From a virus (lineage: Duplodnaviria; Caudoviricetes): DNA of 64,000 nucleotides. Below are positions 1-9,809 of the stretch, in pieces (within the stretch, counting starts at the first letter, position 1; each line of letters opens with the position of its first letter). The notes beneath the pieces are model-generated. The model had not been told where the DNA came from. It made no database searches and saw only the letters and a program-made list of their open reading frames with translations. The stretch spans positions 92,521 to 156,520 of the IMG/VR virus record IMGVR_UViG_3300037400_005963. One strand, written 5' to 3'. Both the position numbers and the translations under genes were made by a program.

Positions 1-57
1 TAACGAATACTTGGAGTGGTGTGAATCATTTAAATAATCCCAATTAAAATTGATATT

Positions 58-1116
58 ATGGACTACGAAAGAAAATACAAAGAGGCTCTTGAGAGAGCAT
101 CAAAGATTTGTAATAGTGATTTTGAACCAAATGATAAATCAATATTATGTTCTATTATCTTCCCCGAACTCAAAGAGAGCGAGGACGAGAAGACAAGGAA
201 AGACCTTACTGAATTTATTAAGAGTGCTTCAGGTGGATTCTTAAACTCTACAATACCGTGCAAAACATTCGGAGAATGGCTCGAATGGCTTGAAAAGCAA
301 GGTAAAAAGTCTGTAAATATAGATGTTGAATCTATGGTAAGTTCATATGAACAAAGACTTGAAAGTCAAGGTGGTACAAAGTATACTCCTCTTGTTAATA
401 TGCGCTTAACTGCTTTTAGACATGGTGTTGAAAATGTATTAGATGAACTAAATTTAAAGAAACTTGAAAAGCAAGCTGAAAAAAAGCCTGCTGATAAGGT
501 TGAACCAAAGTTTAAGGTTGGTGATTGGATTATTGCCACCGGTGAAGTGGTTTATCAAATAAAAGATATTCAAGGTCCAAATGTTACTCTTATAGAGCCA
601 AACGGAGATGAAAGTATTTTTGACATAAGTGTTTTAGATGACGCAAAGTTATGGACAATCGCTGACGTAAAAGATGGCGATGTGCTTGTTGATGAGGACA
701 ATAACATAGGTCTTTATTTAGAAGAAAAGGATGATGTATATTGGCATTCTTGCATTTATCTTGGTTGCGATAATTGTCTTCGTGGCTTTAGTATAGGCGG
801 TTATCATAAGCATAAAAATACTAAACCAGCAACTAAAGAGCAACGTGACCTGTTATTTCAGAAAATGAAAGAAGCGGGTTACGAATGGGACAGTGAGAAG
901 AAAGAATTGAAGAAAATTGAGCCAAAGAAAGTTAATGCCAATAAGGTAATTAATTGGGTTAATCCCGATAAGGTAATTGAATGGCTGAAAGGTAGGATAA
1001 GAGAGACGAAAGAATATTTTGGTGAACATGGTGTATATTACGATACCCATTTGACATTACCTTATAGTTCTATTGAAGACCTTATTAATGATTTTAAGGA
1101 AGATTTCGGACTATGA
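58..1116 (+). CDS. Phage hypothetical protein (Bacteroidota-phage accessory family)
   Basis: 352 aa ORF; motifs KVEPKFKVGDWI and KPATKEQRDLLFQKMKEAGYEWD, which I recall from Prevotella-type phage accessory proteins. Confidence 0.7.
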   Translation: MDYERKYKEALERASKICNSDFEPNDKSILCSIIFPELKESEDEKTRKDLTEFIKSASGGFLNSTIPCKTFGEWLEWLEKQGKKSVNIDVESMVSSYEQRLESQGGTKYTPLVNMRLTAFRHGVENVLDELNLKKLEKQAEKKPADKVEPKFKVGDWIIATGEVVYQIKDIQGPNVTLIEPNGDESIFDISVLDDAKLWTIADVKDGDVLVDEDNNIGLYLEEKDDVYWHSCIYLGCDNCLRGFSIGGYHKHKNTKPATKEQRDLLFQKMKEAGYEWDSEKKELKKIEPKKVNANKVINWVNPDKVIEWLKGRIRETKEYFGEHGVYYDTHLTLPYSSIEDLINDFKEDFGL

Positions 1117-1520
1117 CAGAAGAAGAATTAATGATTGGTGACCTTGTACAAGTAAATGACGAAGTATGTAAGGTTATATCAATATCGTATTTTGACATTG
1201 GGATATCTGACAGTAAAGAAGATTTCTACAATGAGCATATTGATAACATTAAGCCCATTCCTCTTACCACAGAAATCTTGGAGAAAAACTTCGACTCCGA
1301 GAAAGTTGACTTCGAGGGACGTCATATCAGCACACGATACACTGACCGCAATGAGTTCCGTGACATCGTGATTGCTGAATATACTGACGGGATGTGGGAA
1401 GTTAAGATTGACGATGTAGATTTCAGTGACCCTCCGACCTGGAAGGTATATGTCTGTGACGTCCACGAATTGCAACACGCATTGAGACTATGTAGTATTA
1501 ATAAAGAAATTAAATTATGA
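1113..1520 (+). CDS. Phage hypothetical protein, GD..PIPLT..VHELQH family (paralog 1)
   Basis: ELMIGDLV, PIPLTTEILEKN, VHELQHALRLCSINKEIKL; ATGA overlap with the upstream gene. Confidence 0.75.
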   Translation: MTEEELMIGDLVQVNDEVCKVISISYFDIGISDSKEDFYNEHIDNIKPIPLTTEILEKNFDSEKVDFEGRHISTRYTDRNEFRDIVIAEYTDGMWEVKIDDVDFSDPPTWKVYVCDVHELQHALRLCSINKEIKL

Positions 1521-1789
1521 AAAAGAAAAAAGACGACAAAACACTTGGATTGCTGGTATGGGCAATTGTTAGTGCCATCATAATCGGCTTTTGCTGGTCG
1601 TGTGTAGAGAAGAACGCTGACGGCTCCATCCCCCTTAATAAGAACACAGAGGGCAGTTATTCATTGTCCGAATACCGTCAAATCGTTATTGACTCTTGTG
1701 AATATATCGAGGCGAACTATGCTCTATCTCATAAGGGAAATTGCAAGTTCTGTGCTGAGAGAAGAAAGAAAGAGCTTAAAGAAGAATGA
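1517..1789 (+). CDS. Small membrane-anchored protein with C-terminal H-x3-C-x-x-C motif
   Basis: N-terminal hydrophobic helix, IDSCEYI, HKGNCKFC; resembles 63568-63849. Confidence 0.65.
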   Translation: MKKKKDDKTLGLLVWAIVSAIIIGFCWSCVEKNADGSIPLNKNTEGSYSLSEYRQIVIDSCEYIEANYALSHKGNCKFCAERRKKELKEE

Positions 1790-1882
1790 TATGACACCAG
1801 AAGATGAAGACAAATATTATGATTATTTTAGATATTGGTCAAAGGAACTTAGAAAAGATATTTTAAAAGAGTTATTAAAAAT

Positions 1883-2359
1883 ATGAATCAAGAAGTTAGA
1901 CAAAAGTTAGTAGAGAGATGGGTAAATCCCGAGGATGTACAGTATCTAGATGAGGCTATTGAGAGCATCAATAAGCGTCGTAGTAAACAATATCAACATA
2001 AGTATGATATTACCAAGCCTCAGAAAACAAAGAGGTGGGAATACGTCTTCACCGAGAATGATGACCCCTATGATGCAGATATTGATGTTACCGTTGATCA
2101 CGCCATCACAATGCTAAATCAGTTTAAGACAAAAGGTTATCCATATGTTGGATATGAGGACGAAGAACTAATTGTATATCGATATGAACTTGAAGCTGCA
2201 AGTGAATGGGCAAAGAAGATTAAAGGTGACATCTTACGAGAAATCAGTTCTGTTAAGAAGAGCCACAACACTCGTGAACAGAAGGTTGCTAAGATTGAAA
2301 AATTAGAGAAACAAATAGAAGAACTTAAAAAAGAATTAGAACAAGATAAAGATTCTTAA
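1883..2359 (+). CDS. Hypothetical protein with C-terminal coiled coil
   Basis: 158 aa ORF in a coupled + strand array. Confidence 0.65.
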   Translation: MNQEVRQKLVERWVNPEDVQYLDEAIESINKRRSKQYQHKYDITKPQKTKRWEYVFTENDDPYDADIDVTVDHAITMLNQFKTKGYPYVGYEDEELIVYRYELEAASEWAKKIKGDILREISSVKKSHNTREQKVAKIEKLEKQIEELKKELEQDKDS

Positions 2360-2361
2360 TT

Positions 2362-2532
2362 ATGAGTGAGCAGCAGAAAGATATGTTAATTGCTTGGTTT
2401 GATAATATAAAGCAGATGGCAGATAAGAGACCAAGTAATGACCTGAAAGAAGTATTAGAAGCAATTAGTACCTATGCAGAGATGTGTAAGGGAGATGTTA
2501 AGAATATGTTTTACTCTGACAATTTATCGTAG
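2362..2532 (+). CDS. Small hypothetical protein (56 aa, MSEQQKDML...)
   Basis: Read by hand; fills the gap between neighbouring genes. Confidence 0.55.
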   Translation: MSEQQKDMLIAWFDNIKQMADKRPSNDLKEVLEAISTYAEMCKGDVKNMFYSDNLS

Positions 2533-2537
2533 AAATT

Positions 2538-2783
2538 ATGACAGAAAAACAATTTGAAAAGGCACTTAAATTAAGTAATGCGCTTAATTTAATCAATAAG
2601 ACTTTAGAAGTTGTACCAGTTCTTAATCCCTCGGGTACTACAAATCACGTTGATCTGCGTTTTACTGATACTTGCGAGAATAAAATTATTGCAAAATTAG
2701 CATACGACTTATTTCCAGAAGAATTCAAGGAATTACTATATAGGAAGAAAAAAGAACTAGAAGAAGAATTCAAAAAATTATGA
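2538..2783 (+). CDS. Hypothetical protein
   Basis: 81 aa ORF in array. Confidence 0.6.
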   Translation: MTEKQFEKALKLSNALNLINKTLEVVPVLNPSGTTNHVDLRFTDTCENKIIAKLAYDLFPEEFKELLYRKKKELEEEFKKL

Positions 2784-2962
2784 CAGAAGAACAAAAGAAC
2801 TTAATAGTAATTAGGTATGAGATCGAGAAAAGAATCGAGCTCTATGAGACAGAAAGAAGAGAAGAAGGTTTGTCTCAAATAGATAAAATAAGTCTTGGTG
2901 CTAGAATTGCTGCACTTCAAGAATTACTAGTTTTCATAAAAGGATTAGATAAGACTAATTAA
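2780..2962 (+). CDS. Hypothetical protein
   Basis: 60 aa, ATGA overlap, followed by a terminator. Confidence 0.6.
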   Translation: MTEEQKNLIVIRYEIEKRIELYETERREEGLSQIDKISLGARIAALQELLVFIKGLDKTN

Positions 2963-2963
2963 G

Positions 2964-2996
2964 GGAGGGCCAAAATAAGGCTCTCCATTTCTTTTT
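2964..2996 (+). terminator. Rho-independent terminator
   Basis: GGAGGGCC-loop-GGCTCTCC followed by a T-rich tract. Confidence 0.7.
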
Positions 2997-3000
2997 AAAT

Positions 3001-3086
3001 TCTTATATGTGATAAAAAAATTTTTTTCATTTCATTCTTATTTATCTAGTTCATGTTCGGGAGGAATGTGAACTAGATTTTTTCTT
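3001..3086 (+). ncRNA. Candidate small RNA copy 1 (promoter, U-rich CATTTCATT seed, GNRA terminator hairpin)
   Basis: TCTTATATGTGA motif, then TTTTTTTCATTTCATTC, hairpin ATCTAGTTCATGTTC-GGGA-GGAATGTGAACTAGAT and T-run; no ORF. Confidence 0.55.
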
Positions 3087-3091
3087 TCAAA

Positions 3092-3104
3092 CCCTTATAT
3101 ATAG
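3092..3104 (+). promoter_or_regulatory. Putative phage promoter motif CCCTTATATATAG (representative copy)
   Basis: YCTTATA..TG/AG recurs upstream of nearly every transcription unit on both strands. Confidence 0.7.
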
Positions 3105-3141
3105 AGAGAAATAACATTTATTTTAATAAAAAAACAAAATT

Positions 3142-3999
3142 ATGATTACAAACAGAATGAGTTATGAGGAAATCTTAGAAGAAATAAAAAAAGATTTCCC
3201 TAATCAAAGAGAGTTTATTAAGAAACTCAGTTATCAATTTGATAAGACCTTTAATAGGAAGACTCAAATGCAGTCAAGAATAAAAGGTCTTCGGAAAAGA
3301 GGAATCTACAACATCAATGTAGATCTTATTCCCCTAATGCACTATAAATTTAAAAGTGCTAGAGGAAATCAATATTACGCACTGCACTTAGTAAGATTAG
3401 ATGCAGAGTATGGCGAAACTAGAATTTTTGCGGTTCTTCCACCCAAAACATCAAGTGGAATCGGAGAATATGCAAAATTAAATCTAGATCCAATGACGGG
3501 TTATATTGGGATCGGATATATTATAACTTCCCATTACATTGATCGAATCCGTCAGAGGTGTGAGAAATTAAAAAACATTTCATCAGACCTAGATGATATT
3601 TTAACTGATGCCCCCAGTAATAGTGAGATAATAGATTACTTCTCATCTCAAATATCTGCGGACAGAGAAATAAAGGTATCTAATACTCTAGGTCTTAGGA
3701 GAGGACTTTGTATATTTGATTCTTCACAATTTAAAGATCGGGAAACTCTTATTCCTACTCTGAAACTTGGATATGTAGGAATAGACATAATAAGTCCTGA
3801 AAATATACCGGGATGTATCTTTATATACCGAACTTATATTCAAGAGCCGAGAAAAAGACAAAAGGCTCAATTAAAGGAATATAGGGAGATAAAAGAGACT
3901 TCCAAGGAAGAGAAGCAGTATAAATATGTGAAGGAAAATTATAAAATGTACGATTTCCTAATCGAAAGAAAACGTTTAATGGAGGAGAATGGGGATTAA
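3142..3999 (+). CDS. Hypothetical protein with ITSHYIDRIRQR (HxxxRxxxR) motif
   Basis: 285 aa ORF with its own promoter motif and terminator. Confidence 0.7.
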   Translation: MITNRMSYEEILEEIKKDFPNQREFIKKLSYQFDKTFNRKTQMQSRIKGLRKRGIYNINVDLIPLMHYKFKSARGNQYYALHLVRLDAEYGETRIFAVLPPKTSSGIGEYAKLNLDPMTGYIGIGYIITSHYIDRIRQRCEKLKNISSDLDDILTDAPSNSEIIDYFSSQISADREIKVSNTLGLRRGLCIFDSSQFKDRETLIPTLKLGYVGIDIISPENIPGCIFIYRTYIQEPRKRQKAQLKEYREIKETSKEEKQYKYVKENYKMYDFLIERKRLMEENGD

Positions 4000-4018
4000 T
4001 TTCCCATTTCCTTTTATT

Positions 4019-4100
4019 TCCTTATAGTTGAATAAGATTTTTACATTTCATTTTTGTTTACCTAGTTCATGTCCGAGAGGGATGTGGACTAGGATTTTCT
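4019..4100 (+). ncRNA. Candidate small RNA copy 2
   Basis: TCCTTATAGTTGA motif, TTTTTACATTTCATTTTT, hairpin CCTAGTTCATGTCC-GAGA-GGGATGTGGACTAGG; paralog of 3001-3086. Confidence 0.55.
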
Positions 4101-4168
4101 TCCTTTTATACCCTTATATATAGAGAGATAATTAAATATATTAATAAAACAATTAAAAGAAAAAGATT

Positions 4169-5131
4169 ATGAAGCCGAACAAGAGTATGGTTTTTTGTCC
4201 ATCCGCGAGGAAACAGAAAATCAAATTTGATTCCAAAGAAGCGGCCGAACGCTTTATTAGTTGGAATGGAAAAGAAATTCTAAATGAGAATGGTTATGCA
4301 CCCAGAAGAGTTTATTATTGTTCTGCCTGCGGGAGTTGGCACGTAACAAGCTCTTCTAAGAAAGAAAGAAGAAACATAGACCAGGATAGGGAACTTAGTA
4401 ATAGGGTTCTTCTGCCCGGTATATTTAAGTGCAGACCTAATAATAATGTTTTGGTTCCATTATTCTCGAAAATTATAAAATTAGCCGTGAGGGCACTCGA
4501 TCTTGGTTATTTGGATCAAAAAGAAAGGGCCCTTTTTAGGTGTAGGGAATCAATGGGATTAATAGAGAAAACAGAAAGATTGGGAAAAATATTAAGTGTA
4601 AAAAATAAATTTCTGACTAGGTGTAATACATTTCGTCAGATTCTTCAGCAAATAGAAGAAGCCCTTAATGAATCCCCGATCGATAAATCAAGATTAGATG
4701 AATTAATGACCTTGATTTGTTGGACAATTGAGAGATGTGGAAGAAATAATTTTTCATATTCTCCCTACAATACTGGAGGTCATGACTTTAAGGTGACTCC
4801 ATCAAACATAGATGAAGTCTTAAAGAACCTTCAGGAAAAAGAAAAAGAGAAAGAAAGAGAAGAACAACTATCTAAAGAAATTAATATGTTGATCCCAGCC
4901 GCAGAAATGTGTATTAATTATGGGAAATACAATCAAGCTAAATCTAATATTAGTGATTCAATTTCTAAAGCAATGAAATTAAGTGTTCCAGAAAAAAGAA
5001 TACAATATATTTCACGCTGTTTAAAATTAATTATAAAAAAGAATTGGATCCCTAAGGAAGAGCTTGAAGAGCTTTTTAAGGGGACGGAGTATGAATCCTC
5101 ACTGGAGGAGCTCATAAAAAAATATACATAG
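4169..5131 (+). CDS. Hypothetical protein with N-terminal zinc-finger-like domain and helical C-terminus
   Basis: CPSARK...YYCSACGSWHVTS motif. Confidence 0.7.
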   Translation: MKPNKSMVFCPSARKQKIKFDSKEAAERFISWNGKEILNENGYAPRRVYYCSACGSWHVTSSSKKERRNIDQDRELSNRVLLPGIFKCRPNNNVLVPLFSKIIKLAVRALDLGYLDQKERALFRCRESMGLIEKTERLGKILSVKNKFLTRCNTFRQILQQIEEALNESPIDKSRLDELMTLICWTIERCGRNNFSYSPYNTGGHDFKVTPSNIDEVLKNLQEKEKEKEREEQLSKEINMLIPAAEMCINYGKYNQAKSNISDSISKAMKLSVPEKRIQYISRCLKLIIKKNWIPKEELEELFKGTEYESSLEELIKKYT

Positions 5132-5138
5132 TTGTTTA

Positions 5139-5174
5139 ATCTAGCTTACGGAAACGTGGGCTAGATTTCTTTTT
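5139..5174 (+). terminator. Rho-independent terminator
   Basis: ATCTAGCTTACG-GAAA-CGTGGGCTAGAT followed by Ts. Confidence 0.7.
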
Positions 5175-5206
5175 ATTTCCTTATAAGTGAATTAATTATA
5201 GAATAA

Positions 5207-5437
5207 ATGAAATATCGAATAAGAAAAATTAGAAATAAGGTTTACGTAGTAGAGAAAAAACCCTTCCTAGGTTGCTGGGAAAATGCTATAGGTGATGAAT
5301 CTCTTACCTGGCCATCGATAGAAGATTGTCTTCATTGGATCAGGTGTAGACTTGGTTATTCTAAGGGAACACTCAAAATAGGTTATATAGAAAATTTATA
5401 CTATAATAAATATTCAGGACGCTATGAAGAATCGTAA
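5207..5437 (+). CDS. Hypothetical protein
   Basis: 76 aa, downstream of promoter motif at 5178. Confidence 0.6.
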   Translation: MKYRIRKIRNKVYVVEKKPFLGCWENAIGDESLTWPSIEDCLHWIRCRLGYSKGTLKIGYIENLYYNKYSGRYEES

Positions 5438-6206
5438 ATTAAATCGAGTTGAAAGAAAAATTAAGGGATGGTTAGTGGAAAATATTGCATTACCACTTAT
5501 CAGAAATCATGAAAAAGATAGCCCCTTGATTAAACACTATTTAGATGAGGGTGGACAAAACAGAGACATAATTGATCTCTTGGCTGTTTTTGGCACACAG
5601 GGACATTCAGGATCATCAGCTCCCCTTACTGCTCGGTTATTCGAAAAGGCTGCTATGTTTAAGATACTATCGCCGCTGAAATTTACCGATAATGAATTCG
5701 GAACATTGCATGGTGATTCTCAACAAAATAGACGAATGAGTTCTGTTTTCAAAGATACAGATAAATCTGGCACTGAGAGGATTTATGACATCGATGCAAT
5801 CACCTGGACAGAGAAATCAGGAAAACGTTTTGACATGAATGGGGAAGATTTCTTTGATTGTGATTATGCAAAGATGGGTTACGGTTTTCATGGCGGTTCA
5901 GTTATGGTATATTCTAAGATCAATGATACCTGGCGCTGTCTTGGTTCTCGACAGGAGATTATTAATCGTGAAACCTTTATGGGAAAGAATCAAGTTCGTG
6001 TCCCCGTCATAGAAATAGATGATTCCAGTGATACGAAGAATGACTATGTATGTTACTTCACATTAGAAGAGTATATTCCTCAGAACTTTTATCTAGATTA
6101 TCAGTTTATGGAACGAGATAAGGATGAGGAATATGGAAAGATGTTAGAGATTTGTAAGAAACATAAAAACTCATTAATCGAGGCTTTACAAGATGGCAGC
6201 AATTGA
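5424..6206 (+). CDS. Phage protein, GHSGSSA family (paralog of 30145-30894)
   Basis: QGHSGSSA, KILSPLKFTDNE, QNRRMSSVF, DIDAITW. Confidence 0.7.
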   Translation: MKNRKLNRVERKIKGWLVENIALPLIRNHEKDSPLIKHYLDEGGQNRDIIDLLAVFGTQGHSGSSAPLTARLFEKAAMFKILSPLKFTDNEFGTLHGDSQQNRRMSSVFKDTDKSGTERIYDIDAITWTEKSGKRFDMNGEDFFDCDYAKMGYGFHGGSVMVYSKINDTWRCLGSRQEIINRETFMGKNQVRVPVIEIDDSSDTKNDYVCYFTLEEYIPQNFYLDYQFMERDKDEEYGKMLEICKKHKNSLIEALQDGSN

Positions 6207-7056
6207 TAAAATTTATGTGAATTCTTTCGAACAATACGAAGAATTTAGAGATTGGTGTAAAAAACAGCCTCCTCTTAAGGATAAATATGGACGTGAGGCA
6301 AAGATAACGCAGTACTTATATTTCTGGAGAAAGGAAGATCTTAGTGATAGGAAGTACAGTGATTTTCCAATATTTAATGCACCTTGTTATGTAGATGCAT
6401 ACATCATTCGAAACTGTCCCCTCGATTATATTCAAAGAGGTCTAATGCTAAACTATGGATATAAAACCGAGGAAGATATCAAAGAAATGTTTGAGACAGT
6501 TAAGAGCCGTACTCCAGAAGAACAAAAACGAATCAATGAGGCAAAAGCTAATAATGTTTATCCTAACCCCCTTTCTAATTATTGGTGGGTAGATCTAGAC
6601 GACTTTGATATTGCAGAGGATGGAAAAATATCTCTTAAGAAGAAAGAAAAATCAACTTATGAGAAGATTTTAAATGGGGAATTATATAACTCCCCCAAAA
6701 GAAGTGGGATTGAAGTCGGAACTCATTTTACAATGATTAAATCTCCCACTGCCTGGGGATATAATAAGTTTGAAAAGCCTCTTAGAGGAACTTGGTTCAT
6801 CGATGTAGAAAGTCCTACTGGAAAATACGATTTCCTATGGTTTCATCAAACTTCAAAGAAAAACTTTGGTAGTGGAACCTGGGATTATGTGGACGAGTTT
6901 GTAGATGATCCCTACGGGTCCTCTTCGAGTGCTAATATCCAAACTATTCGATCACTTAGACGACGAATTAAAGAGTGGAAATTGCCAATTGGTACTAGGA
7001 TTATTGCAACCGGACGATATGAGTATGAAAGATATGAATTTATTGTTAGAAAATGA
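6193..7056 (+). CDS. Hypothetical protein
   Basis: 287 aa ORF overlapping its neighbours. Confidence 0.7.
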   Translation: MAAIDKIYVNSFEQYEEFRDWCKKQPPLKDKYGREAKITQYLYFWRKEDLSDRKYSDFPIFNAPCYVDAYIIRNCPLDYIQRGLMLNYGYKTEEDIKEMFETVKSRTPEEQKRINEAKANNVYPNPLSNYWWVDLDDFDIAEDGKISLKKKEKSTYEKILNGELYNSPKRSGIEVGTHFTMIKSPTAWGYNKFEKPLRGTWFIDVESPTGKYDFLWFHQTSKKNFGSGTWDYVDEFVDDPYGSSSSANIQTIRSLRRRIKEWKLPIGTRIIATGRYEYERYEFIVRK

Positions 7057-7766
7057 GATGTAGAATTATTTCATTCTTAGTGAGTTTGATATTATCGATC
7101 TCTAATATTAATGCAAATGATACTATTCCACTAATTAATGATTCTACTCCAATATCTCTCCCTAAGGAAAATATAAATTGGGGAAGGTTAGGGTTTCATA
7201 CAGGAATGTTCATTGGTTGTGGTGGAGTTATGATGATAGTTCTTGAAGCACTCCCCGAGAATGCTACAGCTTGGAATAAAACTGAACTTCGTGAAACTCC
7301 TGTATTTCAGCGATGGAAAGATCATGTAAAGAAAGGACCTGTTATCGATAAAGATAGACCAGCCTTTAATTATATTCTTCATCCTTATGCGGGAGCGGTC
7401 TATTATCAAGCAGCTCGGGGTAGTGGGTGTAATTGGTGGCAGTCATTCCTATACTGTACCTTCGTTAGTAATGTACTGTGGGAATATGGATTTGAAGCAT
7501 TTAATGAAATCCCTTCTATCCAAGATCTCTTAATTACACCTATAATTGGTAGTGCATTTGGAGAAGGATTTCATCTCTATAAAAAGAAAATTCTTAAAAA
7601 CGATTATCGAGTATTAGGCAGTCGTTTTCTAGGAAAGACCATTTGTTGGTTTATTGATCCCTTCAATGAATTTGGAAATGTGATCTTCCAAGAAAAGGAT
7701 AGAGTTACATCTACGTTCTTAGTATCAAATAATCAAAAATTAATAACATTAAGAATTAAAATATGA
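7053..7766 (+). CDS. DUF3943-domain secreted/membrane protein
   Basis: Signal peptide; NYILHPYAGAVYYQAARGSG, WEYGFEAFNEIPSIQDLLITPIIGSAFGE. Confidence 0.75.
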   Translation: MRCRIISFLVSLILSISNINANDTIPLINDSTPISLPKENINWGRLGFHTGMFIGCGGVMMIVLEALPENATAWNKTELRETPVFQRWKDHVKKGPVIDKDRPAFNYILHPYAGAVYYQAARGSGCNWWQSFLYCTFVSNVLWEYGFEAFNEIPSIQDLLITPIIGSAFGEGFHLYKKKILKNDYRVLGSRFLGKTICWFIDPFNEFGNVIFQEKDRVTSTFLVSNNQKLITLRIKI

Positions 7767-7812
7767 AAGTAAAAAAGAAGACTTCAATTAATATTAAAAA
7801 AGCACTTGAGAG

Positions 7813-7878
7813 ATGAAAATAAATGAGCTTCAACATATCTTCAGAGTATGTGGAGTAGATAGAGAGATTAAGACTTAA
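7813..7878 (+). pseudogene. Remnant C-terminus of the VHELQH family
   Basis: Translates MKINELQHIFRVCGVDREIKT*, matching the C-termini of 1113-1520 and 8416-8874. Confidence 0.5.
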
Positions 7879-7972
7879 AATAGAAGTATCCTGGCGGTAC
7901 TTCTTTTATTTTGTTCATTTATAGATACTTAGGCCGGAGAAAACCTAATATATGAATTAAATTGAAACAGCT

Positions 7973-8077
7973 ATGGTATTTATAGATATTAAAGATCTAA
8001 TTGCAATTGTAGTTTTGTGTATATGTGTAATTTTAATTTGTATTAAAACATATAAAGATAAAAGAAAAAATGACTAA
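7973..8077 (+). CDS. Small single-pass membrane peptide (34 aa)
   Basis: MVFIDIKDLIAIVVLCICVILICIKTYKDKRKND; downstream of a CCTAATA promoter variant. Confidence 0.5.
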   Translation: MVFIDIKDLIAIVVLCICVILICIKTYKDKRKND

Positions 8078-8459
8078 CGAAGAAAGAGATCTCCTGATAC
8101 AGGATATATGTGGGAGGTTGCCGTATAGTGTAGCAACCGAATATAATGGAGAGTTTTATGAGATCCTTGGTTATGTTCACGGAAAGGTAGTGGTAGCAAA
8201 GCCCTTCTCTTCAATTTCGATGCCAATTGATATCGAATCCTGTCGACCAATTCTTCGAGAGATAAAAGATCTATGTGGAGAAGAAAAAAGAAAGTTTGAT
8301 GACCTAGTACGTTTCGCAGAGAGTAATAAAGATTCTCACGTCATCTTAGATTTCTTAAACTCGATACATGTAGATTATCGAGAGCTTATTCCTATGGGAT
8401 TAGCTAGAAAAATGGATGAAGTTAAATGTCCAGATTGGTATGGGAGGCTCGAGAATTAA
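8070..8459 (+). CDS. Phage hypothetical protein
   Basis: DICGRLPY...RPILR...DYRELIPMGLA motifs. Confidence 0.7.
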   Translation: MTNEERDLLIQDICGRLPYSVATEYNGEFYEILGYVHGKVVVAKPFSSISMPIDIESCRPILREIKDLCGEEKRKFDDLVRFAESNKDSHVILDFLNSIHVDYRELIPMGLARKMDEVKCPDWYGRLEN

Positions 8460-8874
8460 AGGACCGGGAATAAAACATTTCCAGGTAGGAGATTGGATAT
8501 ATTCTGATTCAGATATACCAGTTAGAGTGGAGATAGTAAGAAGAACCTATTTATGTTATTCTCCTGATGGGGGAGTTACTTTTGAATATGTTTTTCAACC
8601 CTCGCCTATTCCAATAACTCCTGAGATTATGAAGAAAAATGGATTTGAATCAAAATATGACGCTACTTCAACTCTCCATGACATGATTTTTAATCTAACT
8701 GATGGTACTTACTTAGATGTAGGAAACGGTGATGTTTTTGCAACGTATTCTGAATATGATTCCGATATGAGTAGGTGGGTTGAAAACGAGTTGCTTTTTT
8801 GTGCTATTTCTTATGTCCATGAACTTCAACATCTTCTTCAATTACTTAAAATAAATAAAGATATTAAAATATGA
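8416..8874 (+). CDS. GD..PIPIT..VHELQH family (paralog 2)
   Basis: FQVGDWI, PIPITPEIMKKNGF, VHELQHLLQL; true start may be slightly downstream. Confidence 0.7.
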   Translation: MKLNVQIGMGGSRIKGPGIKHFQVGDWIYSDSDIPVRVEIVRRTYLCYSPDGGVTFEYVFQPSPIPITPEIMKKNGFESKYDATSTLHDMIFNLTDGTYLDVGNGDVFATYSEYDSDMSRWVENELLFCAISYVHELQHLLQLLKINKDIKI

Positions 8875-9392
8875 CACTTAAAGAAATCGAGAAAAAATTT
8901 CCATTTTCTGGGAAAGACGGACCTTGTAAAGATTGTGCATATTTAAATATATGTACTAGTATATTGCCAGGACTAGTTAAACCTAAAAGATGTGGTGGTC
9001 CTTTCGTAGTAGAGGATTTGAATAAATTTAAGGCAGTGATGGAAGAATTAATTGAAAATCAAAAAGATATTCCGCCTGAGATTGCAAAAATAGTACAAGA
9101 TAATTTTTGGGACTTAATAGATGATAAGGAGACGAAGCCAGAAATTAACCCGGAACGAGAAAGAATAGTAAACAGTATAGGATATAATGCTGCCAAGAAT
9201 GCAATTAACTACTATAATACAGTAGTTCTGGACGATAATGTAGTAGACGCATATGAAGAGGGTGCTTCATTTGGCTATACTTTCGCTATTGGTAAGGTTT
9301 GTCGTTGGCTTAAGAAAAATATTAACTCTTATCCAACCCCTATTCCTGTTGATAAGTTAATTGAGGATATTAAAAAAGCATTAGATGAATGA
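8871..9392 (+). CDS. Hypothetical protein
   Basis: 173 aa, Cys-rich N-terminus. Confidence 0.65.
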   Translation: MTLKEIEKKFPFSGKDGPCKDCAYLNICTSILPGLVKPKRCGGPFVVEDLNKFKAVMEELIENQKDIPPEIAKIVQDNFWDLIDDKETKPEINPERERIVNSIGYNAAKNAINYYNTVVLDDNVVDAYEEGASFGYTFAIGKVCRWLKKNINSYPTPIPVDKLIEDIKKALDE

Positions 9393-9601
9393 TGATAACC
9401 CTTAAAGAGTGTTGTGCTATCTGTGAATTTTATAAGAATCATAGAGAAATAAGAAAGTGTCCCCTCGAGAAAGTATATTCAACTGCATCTGGGTGTGGGT
9501 GTGATGATGCGGAAGAGTTTGCAAAGTATAGGGTGACCTGTGATGCTTTTAAATTAAACAAATTATTTAATACCGATAATAAGAATGGAAAATCTACTTA
9601 A
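9389..9601 (+). CDS. Small Cys-rich hypothetical protein
   Basis: 70 aa with CCAIC, C and CGC motifs. Confidence 0.6.
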   Translation: MMITLKECCAICEFYKNHREIRKCPLEKVYSTASGCGCDDAEEFAKYRVTCDAFKLNKLFNTDNKNGKST

Positions 9602-9731
9602 TGACCTAGTTTACATCTTATACTGGATAATTGGAATAGCTTTCATGCTAATTGTTATAGTAGGAGCATATAAATTAGTTAAAGCGATTATTAAAGATTT
9701 TAAAAATAAAAAAGATAATGACTCCGATTGA
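9585..9731 (+). CDS. Small membrane protein (48 aa)
   Basis: MENLLNDLVYILYWIIGIAFMLIVIVGAYKL..., read by hand. Confidence 0.5.
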   Translation: MENLLNDLVYILYWIIGIAFMLIVIVGAYKLVKAIIKDFKNKKDNDSD

Positions 9732-9809
9732 GAGTCATTTTTTTTATCCCATTATCCCCTTATAAGTGTAAGTAAAAAGTATATTATAATAAACAAATTA
9801 AATAATAAT

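Noticed and set aside
50-263. Short alternative-frame ORFs overlapping 58-1116
   Set aside because: Fully nested in a longer coherent gene with no independent signals
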